DNA of 64,000 bases from Eledone cirrhosa (GCA_964016885.1 OZ024741.1:89776001-89840000); one strand, 5' to 3'. Positions 45,390 through 60,339 are shown, numbered from the stretch's first letter. Notes: generated by a model from the sequence alone, not told the origin. A program made the numbers and translations.

Positions 45390-47470
45390 TCACGGAGGTT
45401 TGAATCTTATGAATTTAGTGGCTATTCTATGTCTGCAGAAGATAGATCTTTCTAACTTATTATTAAGTAGCCTTTTAACATTTCTAAGGATATACAATAG
45501 CTCAAGATCACACAGCCCGCAATAGGACATCCCTGTACTATAGGTTTTAGCAGCCGACAACTTCGACCAGTTGATAGTGTAGTTAGTGTTGCTGTCCTTC
45601 AATTCCCATATTTTTCTGGCGAGGGTGGTGGAACCCATAAGTGCACGGTTTTTCATTGAGTGCCTGTGCACATACCATCTTTTCTTAAAAGAACCCGCGG
45701 TGGATCCTATGTAATTCCAGGTGGAGTTACCCGAGATGACAGTGCACATGTACACCAGGCTCGAATCGAGACATCTGTTCGCCAATGGGCACCTATCTGG
45801 GAGGTGACAGTTGCAGTTTGAGGCGCTATTTTGTGCAGCTTTTACATTCCTATTTAGTACCCTGTTATAAGTGGGTTGTGATATATGCCCAATGGGGTTT
45901 TGCTGCTGCGCGTTTGTATGCGCTTGTGGTTGTGATGTTGTGATGAGTTTGTGCTTATGTATAGGTGCAATTGATTTACTTGAGATATTTCTGTGGTTGA
46001 TCTTACGTATGTGTGATTCTATGTTAGCTGCTGTTGAGAAAGAGAGTTTTATAGTAGATCTATTGAGTATTTTGTGATATCTATGCGAGATAGGGAAGTG
46101 TTTATCTATTAGTTTAAAGAATATAGAGGGCAGTCTAGTTTTTATAGAGGAGTTGAATATTGGGTTGAACCATAGGTATTTTCTTTGTCTGTTTCTTCTA
46201 TTGTTTCTAGGGTTTACGTTATTAGTGTTTTGGCCGTTTACTCTAGGTGTTACATGTCTAACCCTATGTCTAGTCAAGCTATTCCTATTATTATGTGAGC
46301 GGTTGGAGTAGAAATTACTAGGATTGTTTATGTTGTCCTTATTCACTATATACTGTAGTTTATCTTTATGACCGGCCCTACTTAATGCTGCATTATAATA
46401 GTCAGCATGCTCGTTAAAGATTTCTAGGTTTGAGGATAAGCGGGATATTCGGAGGGATATACTACGTGCTATGGATTTAATTATGGATTTGGGGTGATTT
46501 GAGTTGTAACTAATGTAGGCAAGATTTTCATTATTTTTGTGGAAAGGTTCTATTAATCCAGTATTTAGATTTAGAGTTACATCTAGAAAATTTACCTTCT
46601 TATGGTTTAGTTCGTAGGTAATACTTAGGCCTAGTTTTTTGAAGAATATTCTAATATTTTTCCTTAGTCTTTCCATGCTCTGGTTGTTTAGGTTCCTAGC
46701 TATAAGTAACGTGTCGTCCCTATAAATTCCTCCTTGGAGGTTACTGAATTCCTTATGTAGGTTGTGTGCTATGAATAGCCCCACGATATCTGTAATTTGC
46801 GCAGAATCATTTGATCCCATTGTAATATCGAAGCTATTTATTCTATCCTTTCTTACCCAGTAGTTATTTTCAAATTTTACGATAGTCCTTCTAGCCGCTA
46901 TTATTATTTCAATTTCATCATGGGTAAGATCAGAGTTATTTTGGGCAAATATAAGCGCCTTATCTAGGATAGCTGGGGATATGGATGCATAATAGTCGTC
47001 TATTGTATGAAGTTACACGTCTCCCTATTTTGTATTTTATTGAACCATTTAATTGCCTCGTTAGTGTTGCCCCATAAATTGATTTCTAGTTTACCCTTTA
47101 TTTGTGCGATTACCCTATCTAGAATGTTTTTGCTAATTTTACCTATGTCTGACTTGGATGGGCATATTAATCTAATGGTGGGATTAGTTTCAAAGTTATT
47201 TTTGTGACCTTTCAGGTTAAATGTAGGATTGCACGGGGTAAGCGGTTCGGTCCTATCTGAAATTCCGAGTTTATTAACTATCTTGAGGCCTTCCATGTTT
47301 ATGCTGGTGAGTGTAGATTCATTTGTTTTTTTATATTTTTTTATGTAGTTCACGCTGAATAAAGTTATTGTATGTGTTAATGTCCATAGAGTATACGTTT
47401 GATGTTTTGTCAGCTTTTACTATGATACCGTTAGTGTCTTTTAGTTTTTTAAGTAATGTATTTAATATTT
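45390..47470 (-). pseudogene. PLE reverse transcriptase plus GIY-YIG endonuclease, two frameshifts
   Basis: IVKADKTSN; PTIRLICPSKS; FDITMGS; GIYRDD; VNFLDVTL; WFNPIFN; CNC..CPL..C; YIGSTAGSFKKRWYVH. Frameshifts at ~47340 and ~47000, the latter deleting the motif-A Asp. Confidence 0.93.
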
Positions 47471-47506
47471 TCTTTTCTTCTTGCCTGTGTATTTTCTTCA
47501 TTCTCG

Positions 47507-47619
47507 CATGCTCCGAAGATCTGACTGGTTATAATTCTGTATTGGCGATCGAGTAACGCAAAATTAAGCGGATAGCGATCTCTAGACATACCAGTTCAGT
47601 GAAACAAATGTAAGCTATG
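47507..47619 (+). ncRNA. Variant HHR with CCGAAGA core and ~80-nt stem II domain (copies 44497-44609 -, 48714-48826 -, 50047-50159 +)
   Basis: CAT.GCT-CCGAAGA-t-CTGACTGGT...ACCAGTTCAG-t-GAAA-CAAATG-TA-AGC.tATG. Confidence 0.7.
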
Positions 47620-47669
47620 TGATTAAAAACTTTTTTGTATAGCAAACCATGTAAACCTTCTTTCCTGAT

Positions 47670-48137
<468 letters not shown>

Positions 48138-48493
48138 GTTATATAGTAAGGTGCATTATTGGTTGTGTAAAATGGTCCAATAACTTTATGTTAGCAATAT
48201 TAAGTTGTCCACGCTTTTGTATATCTCCAATTCCATTCAAGGGAACAGCTATATATATATATATATCAAAATGCCTTGATATATATATATATATATATTT
48301 ATACATGAGACATTGCTGGGGAAATGGAGAGTGTGGGTCTATATGTGAACTTTGGATGTTGTTGACATTTGAATGTTTATAGTTCTTATCATTTGAGATA
48401 CGATTCTGATTGCGGCCTTCGTATAAAACAAATCTACATACACACATACAGACACGCTCATTCATATGTACATATACTCACACCCACACGCTT

Positions 48494-48543
<50 letters not shown>

Positions 48544-48595
48544 GGTTAATAAATCTAACAAAACAAAACAAACACAGGAATGCAAAAATACACAG

Positions 48596-48660
<65 letters not shown>

Positions 48661-48665
<5 letters not shown>

Positions 48666-50379
48666 CAGGAAAGAAGGTTTACATGGTTTGCTATACAAAA
48701 AAGTGTTTAATCACATAGCTTACATTTGTTTCACTGAACTGGTATGTCTAGAGATCGCTATCCGCTTAATTTTGCGTTACCCGATCGCCAATACAGAATT
48801 ATAACCAGTCAGATCTTCGGAGCATGCGAGAATGAAGAAAATACACAGGCAAGAAAAGAAAAGAAAATACAGGCTACTATATGAAGTAGTAATGGCATTC
48901 AATTAGAACAATAACAACAATTACAACAATGCTATCAATAAATTATTTAAGGAGACCCTGACATTACTTAGGTGGTTCTTTTAAGAAAAGATGGTATGTG
49001 CACAGGCACTCAATGAAAAACCGTGCACTTATGGGTTCCACCACCCTCGCCAGAAAAATATGGGAATTGAAGGACAGCAACACTAACTACACTATCAACT
49101 GGTCGAAGTTGTCGGCTGCTAAAACCTATAGTACAGGGATGTCCTATTGCGGGCTGTGTGATCTTGAGCTATTGTATATCCTTAGAAATGTTAAAAGGCT
49201 ACTTAATAATAAGTTAGAAAGATCTATCTTCTGCAGACATAGAATAGCCACTAAATTCATAAGATTCAAACCTCCGTGAATCGAACCAACATAACATAGC
49301 TTTAAATTAGGATACCTACTACCCACAGAAATATATTCATTAAGTATACTACATCCTTCACAAGTCTATACCACACAATTGTCTGTAAGTACCTCATCTA
49401 CCAACAATCTTACTCCTTCTCAGCTGCTGCCATCATTTGATCCTAGATCCTAGTTTTTCTCATTTCACTACTACAATGTTACTTTACCTTCTTTTTGCCA
49501 TAATTACAATTAGCACGCTTTTCTCTTTGCATGTAGGTATATTTTTGTACGAGTGTATATTGATGTGTATGTATGTGTCTATGTACATATGCATGTGTAT
49601 ATATGTGTATATATATTTATATATATGTGTGTGTGTATGTGTATGTGTGTGTGTGTGTGTGCGTAAATATATGCGTATATTAATTCGTTAACCTCTGTAT
49701 TAACTCTACAACTATTTAGCTTTGACAGTGGTCCCACTCATGTATACTGTTGAAGATGAAGAGAAAGACTGTAAAAACTAGCTTAACTTTATAATTTAAA
49801 ATTGATATACACTACGATACTCTGTACATGTCAACGCTTCATTTTGCCTTATGACAGCTAGTTTTCACGCCGTAACATTAGATACATTATATACCCCCCA
49901 CCTAAGTAATGTCAGGGTCTCCTTAAATAATTTATTGATAGCATTGTTGTAATTGTTGTTATTGTTCTAATTGAATGCCATTACTACTTCATATATTAGC
50001 CTGTATTTTCTTTTCTTTTCTTGCCTGTGTATTTTCTTCATTCTCGCATGCTCCGAAGATCTGACTGGTTATAATTCTGTATTGGCGATCGAGTAACGCA
50101 AAATTAAGCGGATAGCGATCTCTAGACATACCAGTTCAGTGAAACAAATGTAAGCTATGTGATTAAAAACTTTTTTGTATAGCAAACCATGTAAACCTTC
50201 TTTCCTGATTTATTATTACTCCAAGTGTTTACAACATAGGAATTACAGCATACCCGCAGCATCACTATGAAAACGCCTTGTTGAGTCAAACCAAGCCAAG
50301 CGTTAATATCATCCACTACCTGGAATACCATAACTGGACTTCACCTAAGTGGACTGCATTTAACTATTATTGTTAATCC

Positions 50380-50380
<1 letters not shown>
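48661..50380 (+). mobile_element. Second, shorter copy of the same PLE (GIY-YIG C-terminus plus pLTR) with inverted 5' pLTR
   Basis: ORF 48998-49279 is identical to the end of the 45390 ORF; 48661-48975 is an inverted pLTR; (TA)n flanks. Confidence 0.93.
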
Positions 50381-50423
<43 letters not shown>

Positions 50424-51112
50424 ATGCACAAAACATACATATATAAATATGAATATACATACATACATACTCCCCACTATACTTGTGTGTACTGTGTGTA
50501 TGCAGTATGCATACACACAGTACCAGTTTATCACTGGCTACCAACCCATATTACCTATTTTTAAACCCTTATATTTTACCTGATCTTATTTTATCCTATT
50601 TACTAATGTATTAAACCATTTGTTCATTTACGTCTATATAGTCCACCATTTATTGTTAATACTATTCTTGACTTAAAAATACTCCCTTAACTTCTAAGCC
50701 CTGTCTATAAATAACCTTTCCCCTCACCTCACCCCTATTCCTATAACTATTATGCGATTTCTTCTCTTACTCCCCTCATACCCACTAACCACCCCTGCCC
50801 TCATCCACACTATTTCCTTCTCCTGACCCCTTGCCTGTCTAGATACACTTACCATTCTCTGCCCACCCACCCTTCTCCATCAGACTTATTTACTATGATA
50901 AATTCAACCAAAGCACTACCAAGACTAGTGACCTATTTTCTAACACCCTACAAATATTACAGCACCCTTGAAAAAGGCTTGCTGAACACTGAAGCCGAAA
51001 CCGCTTGGCGCCGTGGTCGGGATTTTACATATCTTTATATCCATTCTGCATTTCCTCATTCATTGAGTACTCGCATGATTAGGTGGTCTCCCCGGTCTCA
51101 GCGTCACAGACG

Positions 51113-51168
<56 letters not shown>

Positions 51169-52009
51169 CATATATCAATCCTCTCCCTACTACATCTTCC
51201 GAAATTAGAATCAACTGATATTGCTTGCTTTTTCAGGATTTGAACAAGATTTGAAGCCATGTCACACATTATGCCACGCTGAATCTCCCTGAGAATTACA
51301 TCATATTACACATATCTGTGGAATGCTCATCCACTCACACGTTCGTTTCACGAGCGGGATGTTTGGGTGATAAAACAACCGGAATACTCATCCTTGAGAC
51401 CAAAGGAGGTTTATTCTTCTAATAAACTCAGTAGCATTGATCGAATATGAGCTTCACCTATTTATTCAAATATTGCAATTTTGTCATTAATCTGTGTTCA
51501 AATCCTGCTATGGTCGACTTTGAATTTAATCACACTGGGATTTATTAAATAGACATCAGTCAAGTACTAATATAAATGCATCGACTATACTCTTCTCCCA
51601 CCTAAAATTGGGTGTAGTTATATCAATGATAGAAATAAATATTTTCATAAAATATAGAACTGCTTTATAAACAACTTTAGTTTATCAATTTTATGTCACT
51701 AGACATTGCATGAAGCATCTGGTAGTGTCAATAGCCGGTGAAGTCTAGAGCTGATAGAAGCAACGTCTCGCGATGTTAGCTAAATGTAGTTAGTCAGTGA
51801 ATGCGGGTGGCGTAGTGTTAGGGTACTGGACTCACGATTATAAGGGTGTGAATTTGATTCTCGGATCGGGTCGCGCGTCGTGTCCCTAATCAACATATTT
51901 TATTTCACATTTCTAACAATCAATACAGCTAGCAAAAATGAGTTGTAAATGCAATTCAGGGAGCCAGCCTTGTCCCACACTGTGTCATGTTGAAAAATGA
52001 TCTTTTAGG

Positions 52010-52662
52010 CTAGGAACAGTTACGTAATTGGTGGGTTTCAACGGCTAATCCAATTCGAAGTAGGTTTCCACACACTTAGTCCAGCGGTCCTTCCACTGCT
52101 CGAATGGCTCTCACTTCCACTGACGCAGCTTGCATAATGTCTTCTACCAAAGCATGAGCTTGTCAAATGAGTGAAGTGTATTTCTTAGCCAAGAAACCTT
52201 TGTTCAACTGTGACGAATGTCAGAATGTAATTGCCGGTTTTGCGAAGCCCACATCATTTGCACCGAACTGCATCACGAAGACGTCGAAGAACGTCCTGAT
52301 AGCACACCCTTGTAACTGTTTGTCCTTCGGGCGCATATTTGTGAAGCACAACACTTCGGTAGTGGAAGCAAATGATCAGCCCTGATGTGCTTTTTGGTGC
52401 TTTGGCAATGTTAGATGCTTCCACTCTGACGACTAAGCATTGGTTTTCGGGTCGTACTCCTACACCAATGTTTCATTTCCAGTTATCTCGGTTTTCAGCA
52501 TTTCACACGCTGGTTGCCTGATTATAACTGACGCATCCAGCGAGCTTGCCAAAAACGAAGTATGCGCATGGATGTATGCGTCTTCACTCTGCACACTTTT
52601 GTATAACTAACGTCATTACTTCCTTTGGGAAAAAGGAAGTGGGATACTTTTTCGACTGACCG
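52010..52662 (-). mobile_element. Degraded mariner transposon
   Basis: Minus strand EYDPKTNA*SSEWKH..VVLHKYAPEGQTVT..YQDVLRRLRDAVR, mariner transposase DDD-region motifs. Confidence 0.7.
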
Positions 52663-54265
52663 CGATTTAATTTTAGGTGTAAATATACCCGAGCAAAGCC
52701 AGGCACATAAGCTAATATATTTATAATTTGGTTAAATATTCGTTCCCCAGTTTAGGGTATATATGCAAGTCTTATATACATTAATAATAGTAATATGTTC
52801 AATGTTATGCTCTCTCACTATTACATAAATCGAAGTATACATCGGGATGTATTTGATTAGAGTCTTGGAAATACAGTTTATTGTCATGAGATATACCTTA
52901 GGAAGATAAAGGCAATCGACGCCTTGTGTTACGTTAACCTAAATTGCTAATATATATATATATATATAGTATTTCCGTCGGAAAGGTACAGGAAAAAAGA
53001 GTGCTCTATGTAGGCTACAGAGCTTATTAGTTATAATAACATAATAAATATATATATATCTCATAACAATAAACTGTATATATATATAGTAGGAGTGAGA
53101 GAGAGAGAGAGAAATATATATATAGAGAGATAGAGAGATATGCGTGTGTGTTAATATATGTACGGTTTTATGTAATGGCTACAGTAGACAATATAGTTCC
53201 CGAGACAGTAACGACAGGGTGGTTATTGTTGGAATGGCTTCTATCCTAAATCTATTCGATGAGAACTAAAGTGCATTTAAACATCAATTATTTCTAATTT
53301 AGGAATGTGGCCAACATTTTAAGGGACGTGGAAAGTCGATTAAATCTACCCCAGTACATCACTGGTACTTTGTTTATTGATCCAGGGAGGATGAATGGTA
53401 AAATTCACCTTGGTGGGATTTGAACTCAGAATGTAAAGAACTGAACAAATACTGCAGCAGCTCTAGCTATTCTGCCAACAACAATAAATGTCTCTGATTT
53501 AGGCACAAGGCCAACACATTTGGGGGGAGAGGAAAAGTCGATTACTGGTGCTTTATTTTATCGACCATGTAAATAATAGGTTTTGATTTAGGTACAGGGT
53601 CAACAATTTTGGGGGGAAGGGGAAAGTTGATTAAATCGACCCCACTACGTTACTGATGCTTTATTTTATCGACCCTGTAAGGATGAAAGGCAAAGCTAAC
53701 CTCGGTGGGATTTGAACTCAGAACATAATGGGTCGTAATTCTATGCCACGAAGCATGTTGTCCGACGCTCTACCGATACTGTCAATCCAAAGAAATAAAC
53801 GAATAAATCACAATTACTTCCATGACGTCAGGCCTACATATGACGTCATTAATATATGTTACGTCATGCATAATTTTTAACGTGCCAAATTTCTACTATA
53901 TCTTACTTAAATGTCGAATTCCTGTTACTTCCTCCTCAGAAAGACGCTATCTTCATAAAACATAAATAGCACTAAGATATGAAAGGCATTATTTTTGGAA
54001 ATATACGATGCCAGAACCAAAAACATACATGCAGACGTAGATGCATGCATACATACAGACATACATATATACATACATGTCTACATACATACAAATAGGT
54101 ATATACAAACATGTATGTATAGAGAAAGTGAGAGAGAGCTGGAGGCAGATATAGGTAGAGTGATCCACATATATAGGAAAAGCAAACACGGAAAAACAAC
54201 ACATGTTTTTCTGTCCCATTATTCACTTGATTTATTATCTCTATATATATATATATTAATATATG

Positions 54266-54811
54266 CAGTGTACCCCCGACATTCGCGGAATTTTCCTTAG
54301 AATCTAACTAATAATTGTTCGTGGAAACCACCGCATATTCGCGCAATCGTAAATATCTTCCTCGATTTTTTTAATGGCTTTTTTTGTGACACTATATATT
54401 TTGTTAACGGCGGTGGATTGGCAGTATCGGTAGAGGGTCGGACGCCATGCTTTCCAGCATAGTTACGTCCCTTTACGATCTGAGTTCAAATCCCGCCGAG
54501 GTTGACTTTGCCTTTCATCCTTACGGGGTCGATAAAATAAAGTACCAGTAATGAACTGGTGTTATTGCTGGCCTTGTGCCTAAAGTAGAAACAAATATAT
54601 ATTTTGTTAACACTAAATCATTAACAATATACTGTATTTGCCGGCCTATTGGACGTCCCTTCGCATAAGACTCTCCTTATTTTAAAATTATATTTTACGT
54701 TATGTTTTGAGGTTTATAGGTATTTTTATGGACCACGTCCAATATTCGCGGGTTTTCACTCTTCGCGGATGCTCTAGGAACATAACCACCGCGAATACCG
54801 GGGGATAACTG
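54266..54811. mobile_element. Tigger/pogo-like MITE with nested SINE
   Basis: TIR CAGTGTACCCCCGACATTCGCGG / CCGCGAATACCGGGGGATAACTG. Confidence 0.7.
54408..54595 (+). mobile_element. Nin-like tRNA SINE, full length
   Basis: A-box TGGCAGTATCGG, B-box GAGTTCAAATCC, central ttgactttgcctttcatcctt..ggggtcgataaaataaagtaccag; TSD tatatattttgttaac. Confidence 0.9.
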
Positions 54812-55149
54812 TGTAGATAAACAAGCGAAGGCATGGCCATGTGGCTAAGGAGTTCGCTTCGCAACCACTATAATCTGTGCAGTTTCCATGTACGAAATTC
54901 CACTCACAAGACTCGTTAATCCGAGACTAAAGAAGATAATTTCCTCAGGTGCCGTTTTTTGTGACTGAACCCAGAACCATGTCGTTGTGAAGTGAACTCC
55001 TTAACCTCAGAGCTATGTCTGCGCCTGATAACTTATTTATATATTTATATATTTATTTATTTATTCATTCATTATCTATCGTGACGGTAATGGTGTCGAA
55101 AACCTCGTAAATCAAGGTAATTGGCAACCTACTACATGAATAAGAAAGG

Positions 55150-56585
55150 TTCAGAGGAGCAAAACTGAACCCGGACAAGTCTGTCGGTTTGCAATTCGGA
55201 ACGTGGAGAGGCAAACCGATGCCGTCCGACAGCGTCGTCGGACGCTGGACGGAAGCCCGGTGAAATTTCTCGGGGTCTGGTTCGGTCCAGACCTCCAGGT
55301 GGAGAAAAACTGGAACGAGGTCATGACCAAGGTATTTGCGCTCACCCAGAAGTGTGCAGAGTGCAAACTGTCTTTGAAAGGTCGAGCGGAGGTGGCGAAC
55401 GCTTTCATAGCGTCCGTCATCTACTACCGCTTGACTGCTGTGCCTTGTCCTCGTGAATACCCCACCAAGATGGAACGCATGCTCTTCCAGTTTCTGTGGA
55501 AGAAGCAGGCTCCACTGGTGAGGAGATCCGTCTGCTGTCAGCATCCTTCCAACGGAGGCCTGGGCATGCCATGGCTAATGAGGAGCAAACATGCGCTGAG
55601 GCTACGGCATCTCCAGGTATTCCTTACCGACCAACCGGTGTGGGCACCGTTTGTGAGACAGGCCTTCCCACAACTTGTCTCGCTGACGGAGCTGCAGTCC
55701 TGGGTGAAGCGAAGACCGAAGAAGATGAGCATATAGAGGGTTAGTACTTTACTAGTGCGACGACGTGCTCGGGGATACTCTAGGCGTCGAAGACGATGAA
55801 CTCACCAGTCTGTTTGGTAGGACTTTCCGCCCGGGACCTATGGACAACTTCCAGAGGTCCCTGGCCTGGCAGTGCTACCGAGGAGCTCTACCCGTTCGAG
55901 ACAAGATCTACAGGCACGACGCCCCGGTAGGGGTCCTTCCAAGAGGACGTGTCCAAGATGCGAGCAGGACATTGAAACCGTCTTGCACGCAATTGTACAC
56001 TGCCGGACTATGAAGAAAACTGCTGTCACGTATGGGACAAATCCAGTTGACTGCCGAGTCCATAGTAAGGATCAAACCGCCAGCCTCTTTCAAAAACGAA
56101 AGAGAGGCGGTTTTCCTCTGTACAGTGGCTATGGTGAAAGCGGTTATATGGTGGACGAGATTGAGAGGACTGAGGACAGATGCCTTTCTCTCCGGATAAC
56201 AATTGATTCCCTTCTTTAAGTATCACTTTAGAAGGAGAATCAGAGTGGAGAGAGAGGCACTGCACTCCAGTAAATTAAGTGAAAGGTGAGTGAATGAAGC
56301 GAAAATGGCCCGAATGATTGGGCCTTCTCTGTTTATAAGCCTGTAGGTTAAAGAAGAGAGCAAAAGGAAGAAGGGAGCACTTGCACAACACGCTCCTGAA
56401 GTTGAGGGTTGTTCTATCAACGGGGTATTAAACAACCCATTTGTGGCGCTTTTTCCCCCTATTGGGGATTTCGATTGTTATAATTGTTTGTTTTATATTT
56501 TTTACACGACTGTAAAAACCGGCATGTCTTTGTATTGTCCCCTTTTCTTGTGCACCCTTGTGGCAAATAAAGAAATATATCTATC
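55150..56585 (+). mobile_element. Tx1/L1-clade LINE 3' fragment, copy 1
   Basis: GAKLNPDKS; VKFLGVWF; LSLKGRAEVAN; GGLGMP; TCPRCEQDIETVLH zinc knuckle; ends AATAAAG..(TCTA). Confidence 0.88.
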
Positions 56586-57560
56586 ACCTCGAGTGCCTTC
56601 AGGCGCTCACAGTCCTCTACCAAGCAGAAACGGCAATCGGCGGAGACTCCACTTCGACATTCTATAGGGGTTTAGTGGAGGATAAGTGCGACGACGTTCT
56701 CGGGGAAACTCTAGGCATCGAGGAAGACGAACTGACCAGTCTGTTCGGGAGGACTTTCCGTCCAGGGCCTATGGATAACTTCCAGAGCTCTCTGGCCTGG
56801 CAGTGCTACAGAGGAGCTCTACCAGTTCGAGACAAAATCTACAGGCAGAGACGCCCTGGCAGAGATGCTGTCAAAAGGACCTGTCCAAGATGCGAGCAGG
56901 ACATCGAAACCGTTCTGCACGCAATTGTTCAGTGCCCAGAGGTGACCGACCTGTGGAATTATGTCTAACAGCTACTATCACGTGTAGGACGCATCCAGTT
57001 GTCAGCCGAGTCCATCGTGAGGATCACCACGCCGCCTTCATTTAAGAATGAAGGAGAGGCGGTCTTCCTCTGTCTGGTGGCTATGGCGAAAGAGGTAATA
57101 TGGTGGACGAGGTTAAAAGGACTGAGGGCAAGCACCTTTCTCTCCGGACAACAACTCATCCCCTTCTTTAAGTACTACTTCAGAAGGAAGGTGAGTGGAG
57201 AGAGAGGTGCTACACTCCAGTAAGTTCGCTGAAAGGTGGGTGAATGTGGCGAAAATGGCCCGGCTGAATGGGCCTTCTCTGTATATAAACCTGTAGGTTG
57301 AGCAAGATAAACAGAGGGAAGACGGGAACACCTACAAAATGTGTTCCTGGTGTTGAGGGTTGTTCTATCCACGGGGTGTAAAACAACCCCGCAGTAGTTT
57401 ACCCCCCCCCCCTCCTAATGGGGATTTCAATTTTATTTTTATATAGTTTATTATTATTTATCATTGTTAAAGATTTTATGTAAAAACCCGCCGCCACGTC
57501 TTGTAATTTCCCTTTTTTGTACGCCTGTGTTTCAAATAAAGAAAGATATCTATCTATCTG
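56586..57560 (+). mobile_element. Tx1/L1-clade LINE 3' fragment, copy 2 (diverged subfamily)
   Basis: CPRCEQDIETVLHAIVQC; ends AATAAAGAAAGATA(TCTA)n. Confidence 0.88.
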
Positions 57561-58299
57561 TCAAAGTTTTTCTTGTGAGTGTGATAAAATTTGATACTCT
57601 CCGAACTGAGAGAAACCATCACCTTCACCAGCCAACTTTTGTGACAAAACAATGGCAGACATTACATTCCAGAAAAAAATATATGACATGTCGAGGTGTC
57701 GTTGGGGAGAGAGGAGAAGGTGAGTAGGTGTTTTGTTAAGGAAGTTTCTAGAAATCGGGTTTCCAATCTTTGAGGAAGTGGGAGAGGAAATTCCATGCCT
57801 ACGAATATCTTTAAAAATGGTGGGTGGGCAGGAAATTCCTTTTTTTTGTGAAGGGTAAATGACTGAGAATACACATTCCGAGCTCAAATGATGGAATTTG
57901 ATAGCTTTGTGGTTAAATGAAAAGACAATAGAAAATGTTGGTCGGTTGAATAATTGCGGTGTCTTCATAAATGCGAATCGAACTTCTTAACCATTCGGAC
58001 GTGCGCGTCACGAACCGACCTACGTATATTTTCATATACATAATGGATCCTCTGTCGATTTCGACGATTAGTATTCAGTTGTTTGATTAACTGAATAACT
58101 AATAGTGTTAATAGCCAAGTATTCCACAGGCATGTGCGCTCTTAACATAAATAATTCTCAGGCAGAATTAACGTGCTACAATATGTGACAAAGTTGGCCC
58201 TTTCAATAAGAGGATTCGAGCAACATGATATAAAGTGTCTTGCTCAAGAACACAATGCGCCGCTGAGAATCGAATTCACGACCATACGACCATGAGCCG

Positions 58300-58893
58300 A
58301 GAACAACTGCTATCACGTATGGAACAAATCCAGTTGACTGCCGAGTCCATAGTAAGGATCAAACCGCCAGCCTCTTTCAAAAACGAAAGAGAGGCGGTTT
58401 TCCTCTGTACAGTGGCTATGGTGAAAGCGGTTATATGGTGGATGAGATTGAGAGGACTGGGGACAGATGCCTTTCTCTCCGGACAACAATTGATTCCCTT
58501 CTTTAAGTATCACTTTAGAAAGAGAATCAGAGTGGAGAGAGAAGCACTGCACTCCAGTAAATTTACTGAAAGGTGGGTGAATGTGGCAAAAATAGCCCGA
58601 GTGATTGGGCCTTCTCTGTTTATAAGGCTGTGGGTTAAAGAAAAGAGCAAAAGGAAGAAAGGAGCACTTGCACAACACGCTCCTGAAGTTGCGGGTTGTT
58701 CTATCGACGGGGTATTAAACAACCCATCTGTGGCGCTTCCCCCCTATTGGAGATTTCGATTGTTATAATTGTTTGTTTTATATTTTTTACACGACTGTAT
58801 GTAAAATCCCCGGCATATCTTTGTATTGTCCCCTTTTGTTGTGCGCCCTTGTGGCAAATAAAGAAATCTATCTATCTATCTATCTATCTATCT
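58300..58893 (+). mobile_element. Tx1/L1-clade LINE 3' fragment, copy 3 (copy 4 at 60097-60335)
   Basis: Near-identical to 56020-56580; (TCTA)n tail. Confidence 0.88.
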
Positions 58894-60339
58894 AATTAAA
58901 TGTCAGTTTGTCTGCCTGTCTAACTGTCTACCACCTAATCCCATCCTTTGTTTTGTGTATTTCTAGTTCAAATGGATTATAGTTTAGTAAATTGACTAAA
59001 TCTAACTGGAATTTTTCTAATCTTATTCTGCACACTTCGTAAAGCTCCTATTAGATGTTAGAATCATATTACGTTCGGTCCAGCGTGGTACTAAAAATAT
59101 GTCTGAACTTGCAATTGATATATAGGAGAAAATTTGAAATATGGGTCATATTTTTGCATAATTTCAAATTTGGTCTTAGACATATTAGGATATTTCAAAT
59201 GTATATAACTGACTCCCCCTTTTTATTTTTGAGCTTTATTTCACGTCGCTCCTTCTGTCAGAAGTTACGACCGACAAATAATATTAGCAATGGAAAAATT
59301 GATAGAAATATTGCTTCTTTGGTGTCTGATAGAAATATTGTTTCTTTGGTGTGATCTGACGATCGATTTTTTTCCTTTTTTTCTGTATCTTCTTCTTTTG
59401 TCCTTTAGACTTTTTGATAGAGCTCAGTGTTTAACAGAAGTAATCTTGTTTTAAAAATGTTTACTGGATTTCTTCCAGTTTTCCATCGTGTTTGGTATTA
59501 GTGGCGGCTAAGAACTGAGAATAGCAGTCAAGTTGGTTGAGATTACGTATATTTCACGCAGATTCAACCTGACTCACTATTATCTTATTCTAAATGTTCG
59601 CAAAATCCAGTTTGTCATTCTCCTGAAGGTTATTGCCCATTTAATAATGTTGGCATTAAACGAGGTATTGTTGCTAAATATAATTTTGTGATCGTATAAA
59701 AATTCTAAATCTAAGACATGTCTTGGGACTCATGAATATGAATACAACTTGCTGTGTCTTTGAGAGCATATAGTTCAGTATGAACTGGGACGTTTTTTTT
59801 AACTCTTACGTTTGAACATCGATTTTCTGCTAGATCTCGTTATAATCAGGCTTGCATGTTCAGCGTATTTCCACAACACTGGGATAGCATAGCGTATGTT
59901 GTTGGATATGTGATGGCGGGTACATGGCACACAAACTCTGGATACAGCGTATTGCTACTTAACACACAAGTATATTACATTCCATTCACTCCTGGATTAC
60001 GATTTAGTCGAGGTGGCATTTAAAGCAGTTCGAGTTGATATTTACAGCAGATCGAGGCAGCATTTCTCGGTCGTTAAAGCATTATTAGATTTTTCTTTAC
60101 TGAAAGGTGGGTGAATGTGGCAAAAATAGCCCGAGTGATTGGGCCTTCTCTGTTTATAAGCCTGTAGGTTAAAGAAAAGAGCAAAAGGAAGAAAGGAGCA
60201 GTTGCACAACACGCTCCTGAAGTTGAGGGTTGTTCTATCGACGGGGTATTAAACAACCCATTTGTGGCGCTTCCCCCTATTGGGGATTTCGATTTTTATA
60301 ATTGTTTGTTTTATATTTTTTACACGACTGTATGTTTTA

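Larger units (their letters stand above)
44276..47669 (-). mobile_element. Penelope-like element (Naiad-like), 5'-truncated with inverted pseudo-LTR, inserted in (TA)n
   Basis: RT-GIY-YIG ORF, ~1.1-kb 3' region with HHR (44497-44609, -), and an inverted pLTR piece at ~47475-47669. Confidence 0.93.

Noticed and set aside
54408-54500. Functional tRNA genes
   Set aside because: The A/B boxes belong to SINE heads with TSDs; no full cloverleaf is evident.
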